Part shown: in pieces, positions 51,791 through 61,693 of the stretch | Position numbering within the stretch: the stretch's first letter is position 1 | Layout of the letters: each line of letters opens with the position of its first letter | Assembly (NCBI GenBank): GCA_016212505.1 | Contig: JACRGB010000010.1 | Coordinates: 26,758 to 90,757, forward strand | Direction: 5' to 3' | Source: Candidatus Micrarchaeota archaeon | GTDB lineage: Archaea; Micrarchaeota; Micrarchaeia; Anstonellales; Bilamarchaeaceae | Length of the DNA: 64,000 nucleotides | Program-made: the position numbers and the translations under genes | Notes under the pieces: model-generated | Database searches by the model: none | What the model saw: the letters and a program-made list of their open reading frames with translations, nothing else | What the model was told of the DNA's origin: nothing

Positions 51791-52668
51791 AGATAGGGGT
51801 AGTCGACACCACATTTTCACGAGTGAACATGGGAGCAATTGCGTTAGATGAAATTAAGAAAAGCAAAAACAAGGTAACAACAACCAGAACTACGGTTCCG
51901 GGAATAAAAGATTTAGCAGTTGAATGCAAATTACTTTTAGAAAAAGAAAAATGCGACATCGTGCTGGCACTTGGAATGGTTGGCGGAATGGAGATCGATC
52001 AGCAATGCGCTCATGAAGCGAGTTTAGGAATTCAACAGGCGAAATTAATGACAAACAAGCACATCATAGAAGTTTTTGTTCATGAAAATGAAGCTTGGGA
52101 CGCAAATGAATTAAATGAGATTTTTGAAAATCGAATACGAAAACATGTTCAAAACGCAGTGGCACTTATTACTGATCCAAAATCACTAACAGAAAACGCA
52201 GGATTAGGAATCCGACAAGGAAAAGATGATGAGGGAAGTTTGGCACAATGGCAAGTACAAAAAACCAAAATAGGAATTGTCGTTGCCAAATTTAATCCGG
52301 AAATTACCCAAAGGATGGTGAACAAGGCATTGGAAGTAGCCCGGAAAGTTGGGTTCGTTGCCGAAGTACGCGAGGTACCGGGAGTTTTCGATATGCCATT
52401 AGTAGTGAAAAAGCTTCTTATGGACAAACAAATCATAGGGGTTGCTACATTAGGAGCGGTAATAAAAGGAGAAACAGCCCATGATGAAATTGTTACCAAA
52501 ACAACAGCAAGTAAATTGGCTTATTTATCTTTGGAATTTCGTAAGCCAGTGGGGTTGGGGATAATAGGCCATAATGTTAGTTGGGAACAGGCCGAAGCAC
52601 GAGCAGAAACTTATGCAGAACACTCGATCGAAGCCATTGGACAATTAATTGAGGTGTTAAGAAAATGA
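51787..52668 (+). CDS. ribC-ribH: Fusion of archaeal-type riboflavin synthase (N-terminal) and lumazine synthase (C-terminal)
   Basis: N-half: GVVDTTFSRVNM, TVPGIKDL, AHEAS, HIIEVFVHE, GIRQG. C-half: GIVVAKFN, VPGVFDMP, GAVIKGETAHD, KPVGLGIIG. Single frame, no internal stop. Confidence 0.9.
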   Translation: MKIGVVDTTFSRVNMGAIALDEIKKSKNKVTTTRTTVPGIKDLAVECKLLLEKEKCDIVLALGMVGGMEIDQQCAHEASLGIQQAKLMTNKHIIEVFVHENEAWDANELNEIFENRIRKHVQNAVALITDPKSLTENAGLGIRQGKDDEGSLAQWQVQKTKIGIVVAKFNPEITQRMVNKALEVARKVGFVAEVREVPGVFDMPLVVKKLLMDKQIIGVATLGAVIKGETAHDEIVTKTTASKLAYLSLEFRKPVGLGIIGHNVSWEQAEARAETYAEHSIEAIGQLIEVLRK

Positions 52669-53243
52669 TGGAAAATGTCGCTAATGCTCTTTTACCAACC
52701 CGTTATGGAAATTTTAGGATATACGCATTCAAGGACGAGAATGGAAGAGAAGATATGGTACTTGTTGCTTGTGATCACAAAATCCATGATAAAATACCGC
52801 TAAGGATACATTCGAAATGTTTTACCGGAGACACTTTGTGCTCATTAAGATGCGATTGCAGAGCTCAGCTTGAAGAAGCAATGGAATATATTGCAAAGAA
52901 AAAATGCGGAATGATCATTTATTTGGATCAGGAAGGCAGAGGAATAGGTTTAGCAAACAAAATCAAAGCCTATGCACTCCAGGACCAGGGGTATGACACA
53001 ATTGAGGCAAACCAAAAGCTTGGGTTTGAAAGTGATTTACGGGACTACAACTCAGCAGCAGATATTCTCAAGCAATTTGGAATAACTACTGTGGAAATAA
53101 TCACCAACAATCCGAAAAAGATAGAGTACCTTGAAAATAACGGCATAACTGTGGCAAAGAGAATACCAATCATAACAAAATCAAATAAACATAACAAAAA
53201 ATATTTGAAAACCAAAAAGGAAAAGATGGAACATATGTTATGA
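52665..53243 (+). CDS. ribA: GTP cyclohydrolase II, bacterial type
   Basis: RIHSKCFTGD...SLRCDC, QEGRGIGL and TNNPKK. Confidence 0.95.
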   Translation: MMENVANALLPTRYGNFRIYAFKDENGREDMVLVACDHKIHDKIPLRIHSKCFTGDTLCSLRCDCRAQLEEAMEYIAKKKCGMIIYLDQEGRGIGLANKIKAYALQDQGYDTIEANQKLGFESDLRDYNSAADILKQFGITTVEIITNNPKKIEYLENNGITVAKRIPIITKSNKHNKKYLKTKKEKMEHML

Positions 53244-53253
53244 GTCTGATCAA

Positions 53254-54330
53254 ATGGATAAATTCATGAAAATTGCTTTTGGACTTGCTAAAAAAGCAGA
53301 TCCCCACCCTAATCCAAAGGTCGGCGCAGTTTTAGTAAAAAACGGAAAAATAATTGGGGTTGGATATCATAAAAAACCTGGACTGCCCCATGCTGAAATC
53401 GAAGCAATAAATGATGCTAAAAATAAAAGACACATGGTGAAGGGTGCGATACTTTATGTCACTCTGGAGCCTTGTTCGCATTTGCTAAAAAGAACCCCGC
53501 CTTGCACAAATACAATAATTGATAACAAAATCGGCAGTGTAATTTATGCAATGAAGGATCCCAATCCCTTAGTTGGTGCCGGGGATGCGTTCAGAAGATC
53601 AGGAATTAGGATTATTGGGCCAACAGACCAAGAGCAGGGCGAAAGACTAAACAAGAAATATATTGGAAAAGTAGCAAGAAAGCCGTTTGTAATAATAAAA
53701 ATGGCCATGAGCGCAGATGGAAAAACCGCGACCAGGACCGGTGATGCAAAATGGATTTCTTCCCCGCAATCGCTTCTTCAAACACATAAAATGCGAAGTA
53801 ATTTTGATGCGATAATGGTTGGTGCAGGGACAGTGATAAGGGACAGTCCCAGATTAACAGCACGAATAAAGAATGGAAGAAATCCTTATCGGATAATTGT
53901 CGATGGAAGGTTAAGCATCCCGCTAAAGAGCAAGGTGCTCATATACAAAGACAACAAAACAGTAATTTTGGTCAGTGGAAATGCCCCGAAAAATAAAATC
54001 AAAAAAATTACCAAACGCAAAAAGGGGCATGTAGTTGTTTGTGGAAAGGGTGAAGTTGACCTGAAGAAGGCAATGAAAATTTTGAGTGCAGTTGGTATCA
54101 GAAGCGTAATGATCGAAGGGGGATCAGAACTAAACGCTAGCGCGATAAAAGCAAAAATCGTTGATCGGATAATTTTGTTTGTTGCACCAAAAATTATTGG
54201 TGGAAAAGATGCAAAACCAGTCATTGGTGGGCTTGGAATTGCTAAAATGAGCCAGTCAATTAGCTTAACAAACATGAAATATAAGAAAATCGGTTCGGAT
54301 TTGATGGTGCAATTTGACATCCAGAAATAG
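53254..54330 (+). CDS. ribD: Bifunctional pyrimidine deaminase/reductase
   Basis: PNPKVGA, HAE, TLEPC..PPC, SADGK and IEGG. Confidence 0.95.
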   Translation: MDKFMKIAFGLAKKADPHPNPKVGAVLVKNGKIIGVGYHKKPGLPHAEIEAINDAKNKRHMVKGAILYVTLEPCSHLLKRTPPCTNTIIDNKIGSVIYAMKDPNPLVGAGDAFRRSGIRIIGPTDQEQGERLNKKYIGKVARKPFVIIKMAMSADGKTATRTGDAKWISSPQSLLQTHKMRSNFDAIMVGAGTVIRDSPRLTARIKNGRNPYRIIVDGRLSIPLKSKVLIYKDNKTVILVSGNAPKNKIKKITKRKKGHVVVCGKGEVDLKKAMKILSAVGIRSVMIEGGSELNASAIKAKIVDRIILFVAPKIIGGKDAKPVIGGLGIAKMSQSISLTNMKYKKIGSDLMVQFDIQK

Positions 54331-55536
54331 TTAGTTCTTAGAAAAAAACAAAAATAACCCGGAAGCTATTGCAATCAGGGCTGCAGCGAAAAACATCAGT
54401 GGCGCACCAAAAGTCGCCCAGATAATCCCTGCAATTATGCTTGCGGGCAGATAGGCAGCACCTATTGCACTATTGTAGGCGCCCAAAGCCATGGAACGTT
54501 TTTCTTCTTCGGTCAGGTCGCTAATGTATGCTTTGTTGACCGATTCGTCTGCTGCAACAAAGACCCCGTAAAGGCCGAATAGGAACGCTGCAGCGAACCA
54601 GTTATTCCCAAACCCAATACCTGCAAAACCGATACAGATAATTCCGTAAAGTAAAAATGCCCCAGCAATAACTTTTTTTCTTCCGATTTTATCTGAGAAC
54701 GAACCGATTGGGACAGACGTAATGGCATGAACAATGTTAAATAAGACATAAAGTAACAGAACGTCTGCTAATTGTACTCCAAAATCAGCAGCACGCACGA
54801 TAAGAAATGCAAAACTGAAGTAAGATAGGGAAAACAAAAGCGAGATTTTGAGGAAGCCCTTGTAGTTTGGAGGAAGCTCCCTGAGGGCTTGCCAGAACGG
54901 AGTTTTTTTCGCGGCCGCTACCGAAGCCTTTGGTTCTTTGACAAAAATTAGCAAAACTAAAACTGCTAAGAAAGCCGGGATTAGCGCGAGCAGGAAAACA
55001 CTCTGGTATGCGGCAAGGTTCGTACCAAGGGAGGATAAAAGAAAATACGCAATCAACGGGCCTAAAATTGCGCCCATAGTATCCATTGCCCGATGAATCC
55101 CGAATGCTTTTCCGCGATTTTCTTTAGTTGATGATGCTGCGATTATTGCATCCCTGGGCGAGGTGCGGATCCCTTTCCCCACACGCTCAAGACCCCGCAT
55201 AAGGAGAACGTGCCACCACGAGGTGGAGAATGCAATGCCTAATTTGACAAATGATGAAAGCCCATAGCCAAAAATGACGAATTTTTTGCGCTCATTGAAT
55301 TTATAGGAAAAATAGCCTGAGAAAATTTCGACAATACTTGCAACTGAGTCGGCAACTCCTTCAATTAGCCCCAAAATTTCTTTTCCGGCACCGAGAATTG
55401 AGGTAACAAAAATCGGGATGTTTGGAAAAATCATTTCGCTCGAAACATCAGTAAGGAAACTGACGATGCCCAAAACTATTACATTTGGGTCGAGTTTGGA
55501 TTGGCCGGATTTGGGTTTTGATTTTTCATCTGCCAT
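54331..55536 (-). CDS. MFS transporter
   Basis: About 12 TM helices; DVSSEM, RVGKGIRTSPRDA and SDKIGRK. Confidence 0.92.
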   Translation of the reverse strand: MADEKSKPKSGQSKLDPNVIVLGIVSFLTDVSSEMIFPNIPIFVTSILGAGKEILGLIEGVADSVASIVEIFSGYFSYKFNERKKFVIFGYGLSSFVKLGIAFSTSWWHVLLMRGLERVGKGIRTSPRDAIIAASSTKENRGKAFGIHRAMDTMGAILGPLIAYFLLSSLGTNLAAYQSVFLLALIPAFLAVLVLLIFVKEPKASVAAAKKTPFWQALRELPPNYKGFLKISLLFSLSYFSFAFLIVRAADFGVQLADVLLLYVLFNIVHAITSVPIGSFSDKIGRKKVIAGAFLLYGIICIGFAGIGFGNNWFAAAFLFGLYGVFVAADESVNKAYISDLTEEEKRSMALGAYNSAIGAAYLPASIIAGIIWATFGAPLMFFAAALIAIASGLFLFFSKN

Positions 55537-55554
55537 GCAGAATCCCCGCGGGCG

Positions 55555-56196
55555 TCATTTAAGTATTTTGCCAGTTTCCATATACCAAAGATAAAGATCG
55601 AGTTCTCCCTGGCTAATTTCACAGCATTTGGCTAGTTTTGCCAGTGCAGTTTCAATTTTAAGATATAAATTTCTTGAAAGCGATTTTTGTTTTGGCTTTC
55701 TGATGATGCGATGACGGACCAAAACATCAACTACATGAAAATCAATTATTGCAAGATCATCATAACCGATATTTCGCAGGAAATGGCTCGCTTCCTTATA
55801 TCCAAAACCAAGAACTGTTTCTGCAAACAAATGACGGACATCTTTTTGATTTTTATTTTTGCTACTTAGTTCGAGCATTTCCTTTAGTTTTGGTTTGTGT
55901 TCACGAGCCGCAAGTATGTATTTGGAACGAGCATTTGGATAGCGATGACCCAATCTAATGAGTTCAGCTGTGAGTTCTTCCTGAGCCAGATAAATAAAGC
56001 CATCATCAATTGCATTTTGGATTTTTATTCCGCGCTCTGAAGTAAAATTAGCAGTTAGCAGGCAAAAACACAGTTCTTTGAATATTTGGTTCTCATCTTC
56101 TGCGCCTTTTGCCCGAAACTCATCCATCCTATTTTGAACGATTTGCCCGGTTTCGCCATTCCGGAGCCTAAAGATATCTTTCGCCAGAGTATCCAT
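55555..56196 (-). CDS. ogg: 8-oxoguanine DNA glycosylase/AP lyase (archaeal Ogg2 type)
   Basis: ELCFCLLTAN, GFGYKEASHFLRNIG, AIIDFH, LDLYLWY and terminal K. Confidence 0.93.
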   Translation of the reverse strand: MDTLAKDIFRLRNGETGQIVQNRMDEFRAKGAEDENQIFKELCFCLLTANFTSERGIKIQNAIDDGFIYLAQEELTAELIRLGHRYPNARSKYILAAREHKPKLKEMLELSSKNKNQKDVRHLFAETVLGFGYKEASHFLRNIGYDDLAIIDFHVVDVLVRHRIIRKPKQKSLSRNLYLKIETALAKLAKCCEISQGELDLYLWYMETGKILK

Positions 56197-56208
56197 GCCC
56201 ATTGAAAA

Positions 56209-56742
56209 TCAGCTTCCTTTCCAAATAACTTCCTTGGAACCTTTTTTGAAATTAACAAATCTAGCCTGGGTGAAAATAAGATCGCCAAGGCGGTTTATGT
56301 AGATTATAATATCGGGATTCACTTTCTCTTCCTGCGAAAGGGAAACAATTGCCCGCTCCGCGCGCCTGCACACCGTACGGGCAAGGTGAAGCAGGGATGC
56401 GGTCTTGCTTCCGCCTGGCAAAACAAAATTTTTTAGCACCGGAAGTTGCGAATATAACGAATCGATTTCTTTTTCCATCTCGTCAGAGCGCCTTGCATAT
56501 AATTCATTGGAGGAGACTTCTTTTGCCGCAAGCTCGGCGCCAATTACAAAAAGGTCATTTTGGATTTGCGTAAGGGACTTACTCACAATTTCGATATCGT
56601 TAAATGCAATGACGATCCCCAGCGTTGCATTGAGTTCGTCGACGCTACCATAAGCTTCTACACGCGGATCGTCTTTTGGGACAACTATCCCCCCAAGAAG
56701 CGAGGTATTTCCCTTATCCCCAAATTTTGTATAGATAGGCAT
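56209..56742 (-). CDS. PduO-type cob(I)alamin adenosyltransferase
   Basis: IYTKFGDKGNT, AYGSVDELN, FVLPGG, RTVCRRAER and YINRLGD. Confidence 0.93.
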   Translation of the reverse strand: MPIYTKFGDKGNTSLLGGIVVPKDDPRVEAYGSVDELNATLGIVIAFNDIEIVSKSLTQIQNDLFVIGAELAAKEVSSNELYARRSDEMEKEIDSLYSQLPVLKNFVLPGGSKTASLLHLARTVCRRAERAIVSLSQEEKVNPDIIIYINRLGDLIFTQARFVNFKKGSKEVIWKGS

Positions 56743-56795
56743 ACAAATAACTTCTGTGTAAGAAGGAATAAAAGATTTGATGGTTTGGTTTTGCT

Positions 56796-57419
56796 ATGAC
56801 TATTGTCCGGGATTTCCAATTACTAAAAAAACATGGCTTTGGGCTATTGCCTTATGAAATTGCAAAAAACGGTAGCGAAGCCAAAAAAATTGCCAGGAAA
56901 ATAGGATACCCGGTTGCAATGAAAGTTGTTTCATCAGAAATAGAGCATAAGAGCGATATTGGCGGGGTAAAAATCAAGATAAGAAACGATGAAGCGCTCG
57001 AAGTTGCGTATGCTGATATCATGCACAACGTCAAAGGTAAAAAAATCGATGGGATCATGATCCAAAAAATGGCCCGCAAAGGGGTAGAACTCATAGTCGG
57101 TGGCAAAAAAGATGCGCAGTTTGGACACATGATCGTTCTTGGCCTAGGTGGAATTTATGTTGAAATTTTCAGGGATATTAGTGCAAGGTTATGCCCAGTT
57201 AACAGAACCGATATTGAAGAAATGATAGCCGAACTAAAATCCCACCCCTTGCTTGATGGGGCCAGGGGACAAAAACCGATTAATAAAAAAGCGCTGGAAG
57301 ATGTTGTCCTGAGGATGTGCAAGTTCATGCATGATGAAGAGATCACGGAAATGGACCTGAACCCAATTATTTTTGACGAGAAAGGTTATGATATTGTGGA
57401 TGCGAGGTTTTCAAAATAA
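56796..57419 (+). CDS. acdB: ADP-forming acetyl-CoA synthetase beta subunit (ATP-grasp)
   Basis: IGYPVAMK, HKSDIGGV, FG...GLGGIYVE and DLNP. Confidence 0.92.
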   Translation: MTIVRDFQLLKKHGFGLLPYEIAKNGSEAKKIARKIGYPVAMKVVSSEIEHKSDIGGVKIKIRNDEALEVAYADIMHNVKGKKIDGIMIQKMARKGVELIVGGKKDAQFGHMIVLGLGGIYVEIFRDISARLCPVNRTDIEEMIAELKSHPLLDGARGQKPINKKALEDVVLRMCKFMHDEEITEMDLNPIIFDEKGYDIVDARFSK

Positions 57420-57445
57420 GTGTCTAATTTAAGTCTTGTTCAACT

Positions 57446-58717
57446 TTAAACGGCCTCATCATAACGTGTTCTGAACTGATCAAGCTCATCGAGTTCTTTT
57501 TGACTAAGTTTTAATGGTGTTGAGATTTGTGCTTTGACAGAAGGATTTTGTCTACAAATTTGAGTAACAGTATGCCAGTTAACTAAGCCAGGTTGTAATT
57601 GTTCTATGAACTGCAACATACGAATCAATCCAGTGGCAACTCGATTATTTACGAAGTCAGATTGGCCATTTAAATGCAAAATTGCTAGTGAAGTTAAGAG
57701 GATATCTTTTATGTTATTCAGATTTTCTTTTGTGCCATGAACTTGAAGTAAACTAAGATCATAAACTGGAATGTAAGGATTCAGGCCCATTTCAAGAAGT
57801 TCAACAAGCACAATATGGGCCTCTACTTCGCGGGGGTTGGGGCGGCTTTGTAAATTTATAACATGTACATCAGCATCACCATACAACTTTTCAAAGAAAG
57901 AAGATAAAGGAAAAACAGAAGATAACTCCGAACTGGTAAGGGATAGACATGCATCTTGGATTTCTTTTTCCATTTCTGAAAGAGGAGGAACTATATGAAG
58001 AAAATGCGCCGGAGGTCTTTTGTGTCGCTTCCAATCAACCTCTATTCTATTGAATTCGATACACTCATCAATATTTTCTCCAGTAAAAGTAAATGGCACC
58101 TTCAATTGATCTGCTACGAGTTGATCATTTTTACAAATTTTTAAGACACAGTCCCAATTTACAGAACCTGGATAGATGTATTTACTGTCTATGAATTGAA
58201 GGGTTCGAACAAGCGCCTTAACAACATCGTTCTGTTCTATGCCGAAATAAGTGCTGAAGTCGCTAAATAACATTTCAAGGGCAGATAAAACAACATCACG
58301 TATTTTGTAAACGCTTTCAGGGCAATTGAGTCTTTTGAGTAAACATAAATCATATATGGGAATTATTCTTTGATCAGGGAACAACCTTCTGTTAAGCGGA
58401 CTCAACAGATCCAAAAGTTCATTGTGTAAAATATGCGCTTCACACATTCTAGTAGAGCTAGGAAATTCCCATAGATCTGCAGGAGTCCATCTTACGTTTG
58501 GATATAAAGCTAATAGGAATACGTGAAACGGAGAGATTATAGCGCCACCACCGTCTTTTTTCTCTATTTTCATGCTTTCTTTTGCAGCGCGAAGTTCATC
58601 TTCTAAACTTGGTCGATCTAAAATTGCATACCTCCTAAATTTTGGGTCAACTTGCGGTGGCCTTGTTGTAGTATCAAGCCGTCGAAGATTTGAAAGTCTA
58701 ACTATCGGTATTTGCAT
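57446..58717 (-). CDS. Hypothetical protein built from two homologous domains
   Basis: EAHI...IP(I/V)YDL.LL...I.D..L..L..L...R.LQFI....PG.VNW..V..IC..(N) occurs twice. Confidence 0.65.
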   Translation of the reverse strand: MQIPIVRLSNLRRLDTTTRPPQVDPKFRRYAILDRPSLEDELRAAKESMKIEKKDGGGAIISPFHVFLLALYPNVRWTPADLWEFPSSTRMCEAHILHNELLDLLSPLNRRLFPDQRIIPIYDLCLLKRLNCPESVYKIRDVVLSALEMLFSDFSTYFGIEQNDVVKALVRTLQFIDSKYIYPGSVNWDCVLKICKNDQLVADQLKVPFTFTGENIDECIEFNRIEVDWKRHKRPPAHFLHIVPPLSEMEKEIQDACLSLTSSELSSVFPLSSFFEKLYGDADVHVINLQSRPNPREVEAHIVLVELLEMGLNPYIPVYDLSLLQVHGTKENLNNIKDILLTSLAILHLNGQSDFVNNRVATGLIRMLQFIEQLQPGLVNWHTVTQICRQNPSVKAQISTPLKLSQKELDELDQFRTRYDEAV

Positions 58718-58818
58718 AACTAATATTGGTTATTGAGTAATTTTAAACATTTGTTTTTACCCTTTTTACCACTTTAATAGATTAAGCATAATTAAAATCC
58801 TATTTTCCGTTTTCTTTT

Positions 58819-60219
58819 GTGATGGCTAGCAAGCAACAGATCAAAAACCTGAAATTTATCTTCGAACCCAAGAGCATCGCACTTGTCGGGGCTTCACCAA
58901 CGCCAAACAAGGTTAGTAATGTTATTTTCAAGAGCCTGACCGAAGGGAACTTCCAGGGGGAATTCTACCCAGTTAATCCCAAATATCAGGAAATAACTGG
59001 GATAAAATGTTACCCAAGCATCTCTAGCATAAAGAAAAAAATCGATTGCCTGATGATTGCAACCCCGGCCCAGACTGTGCCGATGATATTGCAGGAATGT
59101 GCCAGATTGAAAATAAAAGGTGTTGTACTAGTTACTGCAGGATTTAGCGAGGCTGGGGAAGAAGGCACGAAACTGGAGCGGCAGATAAAGGAAATTTGCG
59201 ATGAAAATGAAATTGCCCTCATTGGGCCAAATTGCCTGGGCACTCTAAACCCATCTACCGGAGCAGACAGTATCTTCTTACCAATGCACAAATTAGAGCG
59301 GCCAAAACCCGGTAATATTGCATTTATTACGCAGAGCGGGGCAGTAGGTTCAACAATAATTGATGTTGCTGCATACCATGGGATTGGGATTTCAAAATTC
59401 ATTTCGTATGGGAATGCGACAGTCCTTGATGAAGTGGATCTATTGGAGTATTTGGAAAAAGATAATAAAACCAAAACAATTGTTGTTTATATTGAAGGGG
59501 CCAGGCGCGGCAGGGAGTTTTTTGAAGCAATGAAGAGGATAAATAAGAAAAAACCAATAATTGCGCTCAAAGCAGGAAAATTCTCAAGAAGTGCAGCTGC
59601 TGCCAAAAGCCACACGGGAAATATTGCTGGCAGCTACCTGGCATATAACGCAGCTTTTAGGCAGGCGAAGGTAATAGAGGCCGAAGGGCTTGAGGACTTG
59701 TTTGATTTTATGAAGATCTTCTCCCAGCCGCTTGCCAAAGGGAAGCGGGTCGGAATAATAACTAATGGTGGGGGGATGGGCGTACTTACTGCAGATGCTG
59801 TGGACCAGATGGGGCTGGAGTTTGCCGAGTTTTCTGCCGAAGCAAAGGTGAAACTAAAAACGATCCTGCCGAGCTTTGGAAACGTTGCCAATCCGCTTGA
59901 CTTAATTGCCGAGGCAGATGGTGAAAAATATGAAAAGGGCATAGAAATAATGATGGATGATCCGGCAATAGACGCTTTGTTCATAATTACCTTGTTCCAA
60001 ACCCCGCCAATGGATGAGCGGGTCTTGAATGTTTTGATCAAGGCATCCGATGATCATCGGAAGCCGATTGCCTGCATAATGTTGGGCGGCGCCTATACTA
60101 CAAACTACCAGCGCTACTTGGACAAATACAAGGTGCCGAGCTACAATTCCCCAATTGCAGCAGTAAAGGCGATGAAGAAATTTATCGAGTATTCGAGATT
60201 TAGAGAACCTAAAAGGTAA
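58819..60219 (+). CDS. acdA: ADP-forming acetyl-CoA synthetase alpha subunit
   Basis: PKSIALVGAS, GPNCLG, QSGA, SHTG (phospho-His), NGGGMG and NPLD. Confidence 0.94.
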   Translation: MMASKQQIKNLKFIFEPKSIALVGASPTPNKVSNVIFKSLTEGNFQGEFYPVNPKYQEITGIKCYPSISSIKKKIDCLMIATPAQTVPMILQECARLKIKGVVLVTAGFSEAGEEGTKLERQIKEICDENEIALIGPNCLGTLNPSTGADSIFLPMHKLERPKPGNIAFITQSGAVGSTIIDVAAYHGIGISKFISYGNATVLDEVDLLEYLEKDNKTKTIVVYIEGARRGREFFEAMKRINKKKPIIALKAGKFSRSAAAAKSHTGNIAGSYLAYNAAFRQAKVIEAEGLEDLFDFMKIFSQPLAKGKRVGIITNGGGMGVLTADAVDQMGLEFAEFSAEAKVKLKTILPSFGNVANPLDLIAEADGEKYEKGIEIMMDDPAIDALFIITLFQTPPMDERVLNVLIKASDDHRKPIACIMLGGAYTTNYQRYLDKYKVPSYNSPIAAVKAMKKFIEYSRFREPKR

Positions 60220-60289
60220 ATTGTTTACCTTCTCAAGAAGCAGGTTCAAAATACAGGGTTTTAAAAACCAAACCTACAAAGAAGCACTT

Positions 60290-61693
60290 ATGCCCACCAT
60301 GAGACATAGGCACAAAACCACTACTAGTTGCGCTCGCACAGCCCGTTTGTCACCATTTCACCAAATCCCATCGCCTCGTGATTTACTTCCAGCCCAGGAA
60401 TGGCATCGAATGGAGCGATCTATTCGAAGTTCAGGGATACCTCAGTTTGAGCAGGGGATTTTGCTATCTACTATAGAACGTGCCTTTAAAGCAAAGGATC
60501 TGGACAATCCTGCCACTACTACTATTCTTTATCTGTGCGGCTTTCGAATGGATTATAGATTAGATGGGGATCGTTGGGTATGGAAACCTCCCTCGGCTCA
60601 ATTTCTTTCTCGGCTCGCTCAGGCATTAAATACACTACCAGCAGAACCACTCGCAGTTGTTTTATCTGCTTTTTATAACCTGACGCAAAAACCTTGGGCG
60701 GAATCAAGAAATTGGCGGACCTGTTCACTCATAGATGCCATGCTCAAAGTAGCTCCTCTTCTTCTTGAGCAAGCCGAAGATCCAGACCCCTTATCGCTTG
60801 CACTCAGTTTAACCAAGTTTCTCCATGGATCTCGTATTTATCCAGAGCAATTCTTGCGAACTGTTGCCTTCCTTCTGCGTTTTAGTGATTGTGATTCGGA
60901 ACATATGCTCGCGCTTCTTAATAGGCTCGACAACTCCCCCATTACTCACCCAGATCTTCCGAATCTTCGGGCGATGCACAATTTAGGTTTATCATTTGCC
61001 CGTAGTCTGGGTTGGAAAGGCCCATCCGCGTCTGAATGCCTTAACCTGGGGTATGGAGTTCATGAACTGGGAGAGGAACGCACTACTTATTTGATGGATA
61101 CGTTCGGCATTACTTATTTCGCCCGATTTGAACGGGGACTTCTACGATATTTGGCTGAAAAAAGTCTTTTACACTATGATCTATCGAAACCTCTTGTTTT
61201 GGACATTACAACAGGAGATGACCCACGTGGTTCTTTTTATACTTCCAGTGATTCGCTTTCCCCTAGTCCCCGTTATCGGTTTATTGTGATAGAGGTTGGT
61301 TCACGGAAAGAATTGCAAGAACGAGTTTTTAGTATCCTTGATCAATATGGCCCAATTCATCGGCTCGTTTTTAGCGTACATGGTATCTCGGAGGCCATGT
61401 TCCTTGCCAATAACGATGAGGGAGAAGTGATTTCATCCAATTTAACTGAACTGGATGTTCTAGGTAATGGGTTAGATCCATCTTGCTTAATACTACTTAA
61501 TTCATGCCTCACAGGCAGTGGTCGAAACCCAATCGCAGGGTCCATCGCAAATCGGTGGCAACGGCCAGTCGTCGCGCCTCTTGACTCCTTTTCTTCCAGC
61601 CAGTTCGTACGGACATCTAATCAGACGATTATTGGGATGAGTTATGGTGGGGTAAGTGACGAGGTTGCTTCCAGACGCTTTGAACCTCAGTGA
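60290..61693 (+). CDS. Orphan protein with a C-terminal clan-CD-like (His-Gly / Ser-Cys) cysteine peptidase-like domain (likely start 60290)
   Basis: LVFSVHG ... ILLNSCLTG ... IA ... VVAP; TTTAAAA about 25-30 nt before ATG 60290. Confidence 0.55.
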   Translation: MPTMRHRHKTTTSCARTARLSPFHQIPSPRDLLPAQEWHRMERSIRSSGIPQFEQGILLSTIERAFKAKDLDNPATTTILYLCGFRMDYRLDGDRWVWKPPSAQFLSRLAQALNTLPAEPLAVVLSAFYNLTQKPWAESRNWRTCSLIDAMLKVAPLLLEQAEDPDPLSLALSLTKFLHGSRIYPEQFLRTVAFLLRFSDCDSEHMLALLNRLDNSPITHPDLPNLRAMHNLGLSFARSLGWKGPSASECLNLGYGVHELGEERTTYLMDTFGITYFARFERGLLRYLAEKSLLHYDLSKPLVLDITTGDDPRGSFYTSSDSLSPSPRYRFIVIEVGSRKELQERVFSILDQYGPIHRLVFSVHGISEAMFLANNDEGEVISSNLTELDVLGNGLDPSCLILLNSCLTGSGRNPIAGSIANRWQRPVVAPLDSFSSSQFVRTSNQTIIGMSYGGVSDEVASRRFEPQ

